Below are positions 13,164-26,445 of a DNA stretch of 64,000 bases, one piece after another. The stretch spans positions 6,510,001 to 6,574,000 of the forward strand of contig NC_086383.1 of the NCBI RefSeq assembly GCF_036588685.1, read 5' to 3'. Origin of the DNA: Mytilus trossulus (taxonomy: Eukaryota). The notes under the pieces are model-generated. The model had not been told where the DNA came from. It worked only from the letters and a program-made list of their open reading frames with translations, and made no database searches. Made by a program: the position numbers and the translations under genes. The number at the start of each line of letters is the position of its first letter. Positions within the stretch are counted from its first letter, which is position 1.

Positions 13164-15567
13164 CTGAAATAAAAAAACATACATATTATTCTCATTACAT
13201 TTATAATACAAAGATGTGGTATGAATGCAAGTAAGACGATTTAAGCGATCAATCAGCGGTTATCAATCAGTCATGTTCGCGTCAAACTGACTTCAACAAT
13301 CCGTCAGACTTATAGTAAAAGTCATTGACTGATCAGACGGATCGGACTGATAGGACCGATCGACCTTTCTGACGGATTGAACTCTACAATCTTACATGAT
13401 AAACGAATAACAATTACGTGTTCGAAGTTTTGTTTTATTAAATAAAAATGGCGACATTTAAAGTACGAAACGTTCAAGTACAACTAATCAAGAACATCAG
13501 TTTTATTAAAATATTCAGCAAAGTTTAATGAATTTAAAAGGAAACATATACAGATTACACATTTATTTGACTATTAACCTAACATAACGGTCATTTTCGT
13601 TCTAATTTATGTTATAAATTTTCCAACCCTGACAGATCTAGAAAGGGTGTTTATTTATATTGCGAGTTTTGTTATTTTTCCGTAAACAAATCGAAAAATT
13701 AAGAAATGAGCAGTTTTGGCAACTGTTGGTGTATTATTGTTTAGTATTTTAAAGTTGTGTATCCTTATAATATTGAAATTCGTTAAAAATAAACAATCTA
13801 GGCCTTTTAAATAACAAATAAATAATAAAATTGCTGCATTACCTTTCAAAAGATAAGAAATATTTTAAAAATGTGAAGATTATTATAGCATATTTTTTTC
13901 TGATATTCTGTGGAAAAATGGAACATAACAAATGATAAACTATAAACATTATAATAATTCTGTGGCGGTTTATAATTTCCATTTAAGTAAGGAAAAAATT
14001 ACGTAAAACATTAACGCCTAAGGTTGAAAGTCCTGTATTATGCAGTGCATCTTAAAATCAGTACATCGTATAAACTGAGTAAAAAGTAACCTCACAAAAA
14101 TGCAGCACGCCAACAGATCAATTGAAAACGGAAATACGTCAAACGACGATTGGATAACATCTGTCATATTCCTGATGACATAAATTTTCTTATTTAGAAA
14201 ATTGTGGAATAAATCTTGTTTTATAGCTCGCTAAACCTCTCATTTGCATGACAATCGCGTAAAATTATTTTATATTGATAACGATGTGTGAACAAAACAT
14301 ACAGGACGAATATATTTAAAAATTTAAAAACTTGATAACAGTAGTCAGCATTATGTTTAAATCTTAATCACCACCAAATAACATTATAGTATTATCTTAT
14401 TGATAACGGGCTAGTAAGTTTGATTTATAGTGGTCGCAATGAATATTTGCTTCTATTTCTTACATAATTGTACATTTGTTTAACATGTTACCTATCGTTA
14501 TATAACACTGAATGCGTATATTAGTTTGACTTCAAAATCCATAAACCTGCGTGATGGTTAGTTGTTGTTAGTTAAAACACTCTGAAGGTATATAAAGCGC
14601 TGAATAAACTGTCCTAGTACTTAAAACAAGAAGAAGCCTCAACTATATGCACCTTCTAACTTAAGCGTTAAATCTCATTACCAAATATCATTATATCATC
14701 AAAAATTTATTATCAAAAATTGATTGGAATAAAAGGTGTAAGTTAAAACGCTAGGGGGAATTAATGCATTATTGGCAATAAATGTCAGGTTTCAAATATG
14801 AACTGAGATTTGTGGATAATTGCATTGCCTTTCGACACTTCTTCCCTTTTAGATTTAAAGGGAAACAGTCTATTCTAACAGTCTATTCTATTTTACACAC
14901 ATGATGCAATAAACTCGATGTAATTCAAAAACATGTACTTAGTAAGAGGTCATGCGTTCGATTTCCAAAACTGTTACGGAGTTTGTATGATTTTTAATAT
15001 TAACGATTGATTGATGAATTGATTGATTGATTGTTAATTACTTAACGATGCACGCATACCATAAGTTTCCTGTTCGGAGGTGACTTCGTACCATTATGCG
15101 TTTATGCAATTCAATCAGGTTGTATCTAAGCTTGCTATTCCAAACAAAACTATTCTTTATGTTTGGCAGTTTTGATGCAGATAACTCCTTGCATACAAAG
15201 TGTTAATACATCAAAAAGAAGTTGACAATAATTGTTTCATATAATCTATTTTTAATTGAAATCAGCAAAATCTCATTAATATATACATGTGTCTTGCTAC
15301 CTATTTATAATTATGAAATTGAAAGTACCCTCATGATTTTCAATACTGAGTGTAAACCAAATAAAACTAAAAAATATAATGCTATGATTTATGAAAAAGA
15401 ATTTTAAATAAATAACAAAGCAAAGCAAATATGATAAATAAAAAAATAGAAACAACGGAACCCCAGGCTTCTAACTTGGTAAATTTACAATGGTTTAGAT
15501 AGCATTAGCCTGATTATGTGTTTATAAGTTTTCACATACTTATTTATATTTGATTAGGAAACAAGTA

Positions 15568-15874
15568 ATCACAACTTATATTATCCCCTTTCAACTTAAG
15601 TGGTGCGATTGCTCCCTTGTAGTGGCACTATCATGCTGTTTTTCGAAATCCACAAGGGTATTTTACATGCAAGATATATTGCTCCTTCTTAACACTGGTC
15701 AGCCATTTATCGTTCCCCTGACGAACTATCATCGTTTCTCAAGACCATACTCGTAAATGGTGTCAATGTATAACCAAAGATTCACAGTCTCTAATTGTTT
15801 CTCTCCGGACATGGATCAAACCGGGAACCCTTGTGTTACTAATCGAATGCGCTAACCACTACTCCATGGCTCTC
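15568..15874 (-). mobile_element. tRNA-derived SINE (degenerate)
   Basis: Minus-strand head gagagccaTGGAGTAGTGGttagcgcattcgattagtaacacaagggttcccGGTTTGATCCatgtccgg has Pol III A- and B-box-like motifs at tRNA spacing, followed by a ~230-bp body; the cloverleaf stems do not pair as a functional tRNA. Confidence 0.7.
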
Positions 15875-18800
15875 TTGTTTATTTACATGTCATATGACAT
15901 ACTACTCGACTGTTATGTTAAGATTATAAGTTGTTACCTAGGAAAACAAATCTACAAATGACGAATGGCACATCGGTTCACGAAGATAATATACAATAAT
16001 ATAATGTAATAGTGATTCCTTATTAAAATCTGTTTTTGAATTATGCAACTTTATATTCCTCATGCTGTGGTTGATGATATACCACAATCATTAGACATAT
16101 ACCGTTTATGTATAATTTGCGTATATAGCGTATAAGCAGTAAAGAGAGGCATTCAGAACTATCATGTTTCAATGCACTTTATCACTTGATAGGTAAATAA
16201 CAATTATAATGACGTTAAACAATTCAGTGAACTGAAATGATCATGCAATACATCAGCCAATAACAGCTTATTCGAAGAAACATTTCCACATGATATAAAC
16301 TATAAATCAGATGTCTTGATTTGTTAAAAAAACATGTTTGTCGTTGCGGTGACGTCTCAACGATACAAAACATAGATTATAGCTTTAGTTGATTGACTAT
16401 GCACGATTGAAAAATAATCATGTAGAACAAAAATTAAGATGACTTCTTCATGACTTCAACATGTGAATTTGATGATAATGTAAGAATATTGCATAACACA
16501 GAACTTAATACAAAAACTCATCATATATAGCACGATTACAATTATGTCCGCCAAACATATGTTCCGTCTACACAAGACTAGTCAGTAAGTACAAATTCAA
16601 ACTACTTAAAACTCATAAGACGTAAATCCATGTACGTACATAAGTATTACGCAAATTTGAATCATGTGTGTTAGAGGACTAGCTTGTATCACCAAAACTT
16701 GTGTATTGTTAAAATCAATCAATTTCAAATATATATAAATGAATTTCAAATAGGTGGAAAGTATTTTTATCTTTGACGAATGTCGTAGTGATAGAGAAAA
16801 GTTCATTGTTATATTTATTGTACGAATATGGTAGTATTAGCACGATGATATTGTAATTATTTAATTTTATAGAATTAAAGATTCTGGAATTGAATTTGAC
16901 TATCCCACTCATTATCGTGGCTTCAAACATACTGTTTATTGACATAGTGCTGTCGGCGTTGCCACTAAATGTCATTTGTAGCGACACATTCAGTATTGCG
17001 ATCCCTAGTAAAAAGTCTCTATGGTCTAGTTTTAAAGGAAATATACTGAGAGTGAGCAACTTGATATTCTTTGAAATGAATCTTGTTATTGCGTAATTTA
17101 TCGTGTATCTTAATGTATATTTTGTGGATGTTCAAGGCACAACCCGTTTTCTTATCCCTATCAGAAATTATCAATGAGTGTCTGCAATGCATACTGATAT
17201 ATGTCTTATAGATATATTTGATATAGGTGTAGTTCAACCCATTGTTCTTCTTAATTACAATAAGATTTCAATTGTTGACAAGCGACGAATACAAATTGAT
17301 TAAAAGAGTTCACAGGATTAACAATAATGGAACATTACATTATACAAATACCAGATAACAGAGAAAGGATTGTATACAACAAGGCAGATAACTACATTAC
17401 TGAATAACGTAAAAGTAGATTTCACTACAACTTCTAAAACAGACAAATGAACGGAGGAAATCTCTAACAATAGCAAATTGCAACTAATTGATATATAATC
17501 CCTTCTTTGAAATTATGAATATGCATGATAAACGATGCTATCGGTTATTACGTTCTACCTACGAGTATAGCTCCCCATTTTTTTAGTTAAACAATTCCGA
17601 TCGTTGGATTTTTAAGGACACAAGTATCCACCAATGAAAGAGTAACACATATTTTACGTGAATAGATTTGTCAATATAGATTGCACAAGTTCTTAATGTC
17701 AAATGCTTACCATTGTATTGATCCTTACAGTAGTTTAATAACATAAAAAGTAGCAGGTGTATATTGATCGATTTAAGTAAGTATGAAATGGTGTTTATAC
17801 AATTGCATTACAAAGGGCATACGATATCAAAATGATGAAAACAAGATGATTGGCATAATTAGCAAACAGATTCCGATTAGATGTTGATTGAATAAAAAAA
17901 AATGGATGAAGGTATTTCAATACAAATGTTAACAATTGTCCCATCACACTATAACCTTTTCTTCGATAACAAATATAAAGCTAAACTTTAGAGCTATTAT
18001 ATATGTATTATAACTAAGTGCTTGAGATTGATAGATCAATATTCAGGTTAGTTTTAATTGGAATACGATGTCAAATTCAATGGAAAGTGACCTTTTGAAG
18101 ATAGCGAAAATAAAAAATAATTGAAAACGATTTAAATATAAAGGTACATATTATGTAATACTAGGGAGATGTTGATTAACATAATATTAACTGTCATATC
18201 CAACTGTTGTACAATTAAGTCTTTTTTTCTTTTATTATGACGAATACAACAATTATATTTCTCAATATGTTCCATTCAAAATTTGGTTATTATTGAAAAC
18301 AGTACATAGAGTTTAATACATGTCCTTTTCCATATCGGTCCGGGTATCATCGAGGTCTAGGTGCTAAGATGGGTCGAAACATCACAAAAGTTCGCATACA
18401 TTTTGACGTTATAATAAAAAATGTCTAACGTCACAATGTAAAGTAAACAGACGATACCGATAATACTGCCAGTAACTTGAACGATATGCACTGTTATGGA
18501 TTTGTTGCACAAGATATACCCTGATCTGGGTTATCACTTAGGGTGGGACATTGTGGCTTGTATACTTCCGTTCATTACACATATGGAAAACCTATCATAT
18601 TAAGTCTAAGTATATGATAACCAGACATACATTTAACATACTGATAATAGTATAGCCATTGACCATAAAACGACACCATTCAGATGCGTTATTTATCTTA
18701 AATATTAGTCACTATATTAATGTCATCCTTTCATTAACAGAAAACTTTTTTTTTGTCATTTATTTTGAAACTTGTATTCAACTTAGAAATTTTTATTCTT

Positions 18801-19194
18801 AATTATTAGGCACTATCAACTGAAAGACTGCGATTACTAGTAATTGATAATAAAACACAAGTACAAATAAACCGCAGCAAGAATGCGGGCATATCTTTAA
18901 AAGTTATTTACCTGCTGATATGTTAGTTATAACTAATAGTCTTCCTACACAGATACTTATTTCAAGTATTTATTTCAACAAAGATGTTACATACTGTGAA
19001 TCTCAGTATTAGTTTTATTTTGTAGTGGTTATATTTGTTTTGTAAATTATCACTTATGTTGTTTCATACAGTAAATGAGCATTATAATTGAACCATTTAT
19101 CACTCAATTTAACGAGTATGTTCTAAATGGCATGTAAAGAAAATACATAACAGAGTTCACTATGTATATTAGTATTGACAGATCAAACATTGTA

Positions 19195-22100
19195 CATGCA
19201 GTCCGTTTATTTACATTTTTGTTTGTTTCTAGAATATCATGTGTAGGTACACTTGAAATTGAACGTCAAAAAATCTAAACAAAGCTGAAAGACTATCAAA
19301 AGTGGGTCAATTGTGGGTCAAATCTTTATCGTACAAACGGAGTGGGAAAATACGTTTGTATTGCAAAATAACAAATTTTGTTAAAACAAAATGTGTCTCT
19401 GTTGTGTTTCCTGAATACATTTTCACTTATAGGTTATCTTTGAAATATATACAAAGTGATCATTTTGATTTGTTTTAGCTTTGGCCCTTTATACATGTTA
19501 TAAGGTACAACAATTTGTTAAACAAACCAGCACTCATACATCGTATATGTAGAATGCAGTGTGACAGATCAACATGCAAATATAGTCTTTACGTGTTCTT
19601 ATGTATCACAAATAGTTTCTTGTACCATTTGGTAATTTAACTTTAATCTTAGAATAATATGTACATGATGTATTTGTTTTTCTTAGTTCATCAATTACAC
19701 AATTTTGATATTCTTTTAAAAAAGAATATACTGTCCTTTATGTTCTAATGGCATAACAGTACTTTGTAACTTTATCATTAGACAATTTTGATTTTTTCTG
19801 CAGACAAAATACTACTGTCTTTCTAGTTAAACTATACATTAACTATATTATCATGGTTATATAAGACATTAATTGTTAAAACACCTCATTACCTTTATAT
19901 CTTTTATAAAGTCATTCAGAAAATCACGGATATAATTGTCTCTGTCATCTATTTTTTTTGTTTTCGAATTATTAATCAAGGGTAATCTGGTAATAAATAC
20001 AAATAGTTACAGCATAATTTGATGTATTCACTAGTGTGGTTATCACGACGAATATTTTATTTGTTAATGTATTGCCTAGTTCCATATTCCCGTTTAAAAG
20101 ACTGACGGTATAGACAATTCCATATATTTTCTGTCTATGAAAAGGTATAACTCAGATTGTTCATGGTTTAGTTAGTTTCCATAACTTTGTTTTTATCACA
20201 AACACGAATACTCATTTACCATGGAATACAATTTGAGACAACAATATTAGTTAAATGTTATTCAAGTTTAATCCACAGGCTCTGTTAATAAATCAGAGGC
20301 TATATATTCAATTTACTACAGCTAATAACCTTAAAACATATGTAATACTCAGATCAATGATCAACAAGACGTGTTACGTCTCTTATGAAGAAAAGATGCA
20401 ATCAATATAACTATATATATAATGTACCTCCGCTAAAATCGACCTATGTTTAATTAAATGATGCATACAAATTATTCACTTCAAAGCTGTATTGTGTACA
20501 TATAAAATGCCTTTGTATATAGTAAAGGCTCTATATTGTATGTATTAAACAAATAATAATAATACATATAACTAGTTTTTCGATTTTTTAAGCCTGAATA
20601 CGTTGCGTGCCTATTTTTTTTTGTATTCTTTTTTTCATTTGTTTTTCCGTCTTTTTTTTTTAAATATCTCAAACATGGTGTTTGTGCTTAATTGGAAAGC
20701 AACAATTTTTCAAAAGGTTTTTAAAATATGTTAAGGAACACAAAGAGGGAGTTTATTTAGTTTCATATTCGGATATTTCAACATTTTAGTATATGCCAGA
20801 TTTGTGCACTAAGGGGCAGTAGAGTATTTGTTTCACTAAGCAACTTCAATGTGTTGTGTCGTTCAATTTAAAGGTTAAGCTTGCTATACAACAAGGTTTA
20901 GTCCATCAATTTCTATATAAGAAGACATGTACTTAGACAGGATAAGTACAGTTGTAATCCATTTTTGTTACTTGTTTCAGCTTTGGAATGTAGTATTTGA
21001 TCAGGGATTTTCCATTTTGAAATTTCTTCTGACTTTGCTATTTTTGTATTTTTGTTTATGAGTAGAATTCAGTCGTAACGACTTTTAAACATGTTTTATT
21101 GGAACAACACAAGATTGATACCGCAAAATTAACTGATATTTAATTGACCAACAAGCGATTGATTGAATTTTCAACTATGATTTTGCAGAACGTAAACATC
21201 ATTTTTCTTTTACATGCAGTCCTTGTATTAACAATTTTTTATCTCTAGACTATCATGTTTAGGTACAAATGAAATTGAATGTCAAAAAGTCTAAACAAAG
21301 CTAAAAACTATCAAAAGTTGGTCAATTGTGGATAGGAAATAATGTTAAAGTGTACCATTATGCGGTTGTTATCTGTATACACGACATATAAGCACGACAA
21401 TTTGAAGAAAAAAACATATATTTAAATATATTTTGCACTTCACTTTATTATAGACATTTGAAAAAACGTCAGTATTGTAATATAAAACATTTTGTTAAAA
21501 CAAAATGTGTCTCTGTTGTGTTTCCTGAATACATTTTCACTTATAGGTTATCTTTGAAATATACACAAAGTGATCATTTTGATTTGTTTAAGCGTTGGTC
21601 CCTTATAAGGTACAAATATGTATTGAACACACCAGCATTCATACATCATATATGTAGAATGCAGTGTGACAGATCAACATGCAAATATGGTCTATACGGT
21701 TTCTTGTATAATAAAAATAGTGTCTTGTACCATTTGGTAATTTTATTTTAATCTTAGAATGATATATATGTTTTTTTTCTAAATTCAGCGATTAAACAAT
21801 TTTGATTCTTTAAAAAAAAAAGTACTGTCCTATATGTTGTTAAGGCATCAAGGTATTTTGTAACTTGATCATTCTCCTATTTTATTTCTTCAGAAGAACA
21901 AAAATAACACTGTCTTTCTAGTTAAACTAGACATGAATTATAGTATCATGATTATATAAGATATAAATAGCTAAAATAACTCCCTACCTTTATATCCTTT
22001 ATAAAGTCTTTCAGAAAATCACGGATATACTTGTCTCCGTCATCCATGTTTTGTTTCGAATTATTAATCAAGGGTAATGAATAGTTGTAGCAGAATTTGA

Positions 22101-23385
22101 TGTTTTCACTAGTATGGATAACACGACGAATACTTCATTTTTTAATGTATTGCCTAGTTCCATATGCCCGTTTTAAGGACTGATGGTATAGAATATTCCA
22201 TATATTTTCTGTCTATCGAAAGCTATAACTCAAATTTTTTATAGTTTAGTTAGTTTCCATAACTTTTTTTTTTATCACAAACAGGAATACTCGTTTACCA
22301 TGGAATACAATTTGAGACAACAATATTAGTTAAATGTTGTTCAAATTAAATCCACAGCCTCTGTGTTAATAGATAAAAGGCTATAAATTCAATTTATTAA
22401 AGCCAATCACCTTAAAACATATGTAATACTCAGATCAATGATCAACAAGACGTGTTACGTCTCGTATGAAGAAAAGATGTAATCAATATAACTATATATG
22501 TATATAATGTACCTTCGCTAAAATCGACCTATGTTTAATTAAATGATGCATACACATTATTCACTTCAAAGTTGTATTGTGTACGTATAAAATGCCTTTG
22601 TATATAGTATAGGCTCTGTAGTGTGTGTATTAAACAAATGATAATAATGCATATAACTATTTTTTTTTATTTTTTAAGAGTAAATACGTTGCGTGCAAAT
22701 TTTGTTTTTGTATTCTTTTTTCATTTGTTTTTCCGACGTTTTTTAGATATCTCAAACATTGTTTTTGTGCTTAATTGGAAAGCAACAATTTCTCAAAAGG
22801 TTTAATCTGCTAAGGAACACAACGACAGAGTATATTTAGTTTCATATTCGGATATTACAACATTTTAGTAATCTGCCAGATTTTCGCACTTAGGGGCAGT
22901 AGAGTATTTGTTTCACTAAGCAACTTCGATGCGTTCTGTCGTTCAATTTAAAAGTTAAGCTTGCTATAAAAAAAAGTTTTAGTCCAACAGTTTCTACATT
23001 AGAAAATACTTGTACTAAGACAGGATTAAGACAGTTGTAATCCATTTGTGTGATGTGTTTCAGCTTTTGAATGTAGTATTCGAATAGGGATTTTCCGTTT
23101 TTAAAGTCCTTCTGACTCCTATTTTGGTAAAATAAATATCAGTAGAATGCAGTCGTAACGACTTTTAAAAATATTTGTATTGGAACAAATATACCCTTGC
23201 ATTAGTAGAAAGTACAAACAGTCATTAAGCTACAAATCCTCCATTTTCTTTATTCCCAATGATAAATATGCAGTTTATTATACCTGATTGGTACCTCAGA
23301 ATTGATATTTAATTTACCAACACGCGAATGATTGCATTTTCAACTATGATTTTACAGAAAGTAAACAGTATTTCCCTTTTACATT
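19195..23385 (+). repeat. Older ~2-kb tandem duplication (about 19195-21210 vs 21211-23385)
   Basis: Colinear shared blocks, e.g. aaaacaaaatgtgtctctgttgtgtttcctgaatac at ~19383 and ~21497, taaaacatatgtaatactcagatcaatg at ~20332 and ~22413. Confidence 0.85.
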
Positions 23386-25878
23386 CCCTTTTCGGAAAAA
23401 AATATTTTTATGCTTCTTCTGACATAATTTAGAAGGGTAAACGACTGGCATATGGATATGTTGGTTTTGAGTCTGTTATATGCTAGTTGTTTTTCAATCG
23501 GTTTGCGCTTTTTATCTTGTCATTTAATAAGTACTTGCTGCTTTAAATTTTACGAAGGATTCAATTATCAACAAACATTGAAATGGACAGACAGGAAACG
23601 AATAATAAATAATCTAACACATTTACTGACTGTAGTTTATGTGATATTTTTATATGGATTAAACACGTGGTAATATCTTTCTTTTTCTATTTTTGCAGAA
23701 ATAACACAACTTATTTGACATAGTATTTTGTTGGAAATATTGCATGTATTGGACTAAGTAAACTCTTGTCCCTTGAATTTGATAACACAAACATACGACA
23801 TAAGGATATGTCCAACAAACTATGTTGTTGAGATTAAAATAAGTTAATAGTACTGCTCATACATGTATTGTTAGCAGTCAATATGAGTTCAAGTACTCTC
23901 TAATTGACGTAGAAACCGCCATGACAAACATATGTTATCAAACACTCAATTCAAATGCAATCAGTTGGTGTCATTCATAACAATATATATCACTGGCAAA
24001 TCAGTCTTGCGTGAGAATCAACGAGTTCATGAACTACTTTATATTTATAATTAGCTTTTGCTTTGATCTTAGTATGTTCGAATTAATTAAGCTTACAAAC
24101 TCTTCTATTGGATTTTTACATGAACATGTGATCAGAAATTCATAGTAAAGTTTGTATATATAGAAATGTCATCAACACATTGCTTGGTATTTGAAGTAAT
24201 TATTAAAGTAGAACGTAATGGAAAAGTTATCACATCACAAAATATGGATAAAAAAGAATCAAGTTGCTGTGCAAAATACAAAAATATACACTACATAATA
24301 TAATTTCATCAGATAAATACTTCAAGATTGACGTAAAACGTATGTTTTAGAAAAAAGTGCAACAGACAGGTTCAGTAGAATTAAATGTCATACACGAGCT
24401 TTTGCTTAACTGTCATAGTTTGTCAACAATGTGTTGGTGTGTACGTATTCGTGTAACTTATATTTGCATCCACATTTCTTCAATACTGAGTTCATTTGTA
24501 ATAACAATTTTATTTTTACGTTATATGGTTTATTCTCATCGGATTTTGTTTAATGCTTAGTCCGTTTCTGTGTGTGTTACGTTTTAATGTTGTGTCGTTG
24601 TTTTCTTATATATAATGCGTATCCCCCAGTTTTAGTGTGCTACCCCAGTTTTGTTTTTGTCCATCGATTTACGAGTTCTGAACAGCGGTATACTACTGAT
24701 GCCTTTATTTTAATATTTCATTGATCGAAATTTGAAATATCATAAATGAACAGTCATTGCAATGGTCTAAATGATCTTTCCGCATGGCAATACAAGTTGA
24801 TAGAAATAACCGTGCAAATGTCAAATGAAATGGATTTATCCTAATCAGCTTATAGACTGGAAATTGATATATTAACGATATCATTCAGATAGAAGAATCT
24901 GTTTTTATGCGGTAAAGATATGAAATAAATTGCTATTGCACAATGGAGAATCAGTGACATGTTATTATTAATGACAAAAGAAAAATAACTTCTTTGGTAT
25001 TGCGTAGTTACTATTTTACCATTATGTACAGCTTGTTGATGCTGAAGGCCCAATCTTTTAACGTATCCTTAGTTTCAATTAAAAAGATTGATGTCGAGAT
25101 ATAGTGCCATATTTAATTGTTTTCGCTATAGGTCATTGTATTTGATTTTGTTTAGAGCAATTGCACTTAATGTCAAACAGGGATACATACAAGGCGAATT
25201 TAACATGTTATACATTTAATTTCTTTGAAGCAAATATCTTAAAGGATAGTCTAGGTCGTGGTTACAGACTTTATCAAACCACAATTAGTTTTGCTGAATT
25301 AACATTGTAATGTTCTAATTGCAACAAATCGAATTTATTTCATAAATTCATTAATGTCTATGTGGACAATTTCTATTTGAATTAAACAGTCAATTTGAAC
25401 TAAGTGTATATATTCTAGAATTTTCTAATTTTTATATTTAGCCAACCAATCAAATAACAGATATTTTATGACGTAAAAATTTATCTTCGACAATAAAGTT
25501 CGCAAACATTTCTCTGGACAGTTTTTGATTTATCAGTTTGGTTACATTATATACACTCTGGTGATACTTCATTCACATAACAACATTTTGAATCATTTGT
25601 TTATGGATTAATATTATTCAGCGAGAGGTCAGTACAATAGTTAGTAGTTTATATATATTTAAAGTCATCAAGACTGTTGACCTACATTTACCCACGCAAA
25701 TACTCCGTGATCGATGAACTATACATTTGATGCTGACAATATTCATTAACGATCTGCCAGTATATAAGAAGATAACTATAGTAATTAACTTGAGATGAGA
25801 ATTTATTATATTCGTTACGAACTACAAATCCGTTAAAATAGTATTAGAAAGCAATTCGTGTTCACATTATGTAATAGT

Positions 25879-25982
25879 CATTCTGTTATGAAAGAACCAC
25901 GTGACATTCTGTTATGAAAGAACCACGTGACATTCTGTGATGAAAGAACCACGTGACATTATGTTGTGGAGGAATCATGTGG
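25879..25982 (+). repeat. 26-bp tandem repeat x3 plus one degenerate copy, containing CACGTG
   Basis: cattctgttatgaaagaaccacgtga at 25879, 25905, 25931 (one substitution); degenerate at 25957. Confidence 0.9.
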
Positions 25983-26040
25983 CAGTTTGACCGACTTTTA
26001 AACGTAAATAACTTCGGTGTAAACAGCTAGTATATTCATC

Positions 26041-26445
26041 ATGGAGAAGTCCTCATCTGGGAATATGATACACATGACTTTATTGGGTCACAGTTTTATA
26101 AGAAGGTTAAATCGCTTGATGAATAGTTGTGACATATTTGAAAATCTGTGTTTGTTGAAGTGTAACTTTTTAATTAATTGTCGTGCACAGGGTGGACTAA
26201 CTGTAGCAAGACTAGCTCAGCAAAAACAATTATGTTCTTTTAGTTGTCACCCTCACATAATTTTTATACAGATAGGGGGAAATGATGTTGCTAATAGGAG
26301 ATCTAATGCGTCCCAAGCTGCTCAAGACATTTTTGCGTTTGCGATGTATTTACACTATGGTTTGAATGTAAATCATGTCATAATTGGACAATTTTTATGT
26401 CGGAGTGAATTGGTAACATATGCAGGATACAATAATCAAGGGTAA
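26041..26445 (+). pseudogene. 3'-truncated SGNH/GDSL hydrolase-like ORF, probably transposon-derived
   Basis: Blocks LLGHSF, QGGL and IFIQIGGNDV are present; the C-terminal DxxH block is absent because the ORF runs into the duplication breakpoint at 26433. Confidence 0.7.

Noticed and set aside
13164-13211. ORF-track N-terminus MYYKCNENNMYVFLFQ of the GPCR
   Set aside because: Overlaps a polypyrimidine tract and CAG acceptor; most likely intronic.
15800-15874. Functional tRNA-Thr(AGT) gene
   Set aside because: Anticodon and acceptor stems do not pair and there is no terminator; it continues into a SINE-like body.
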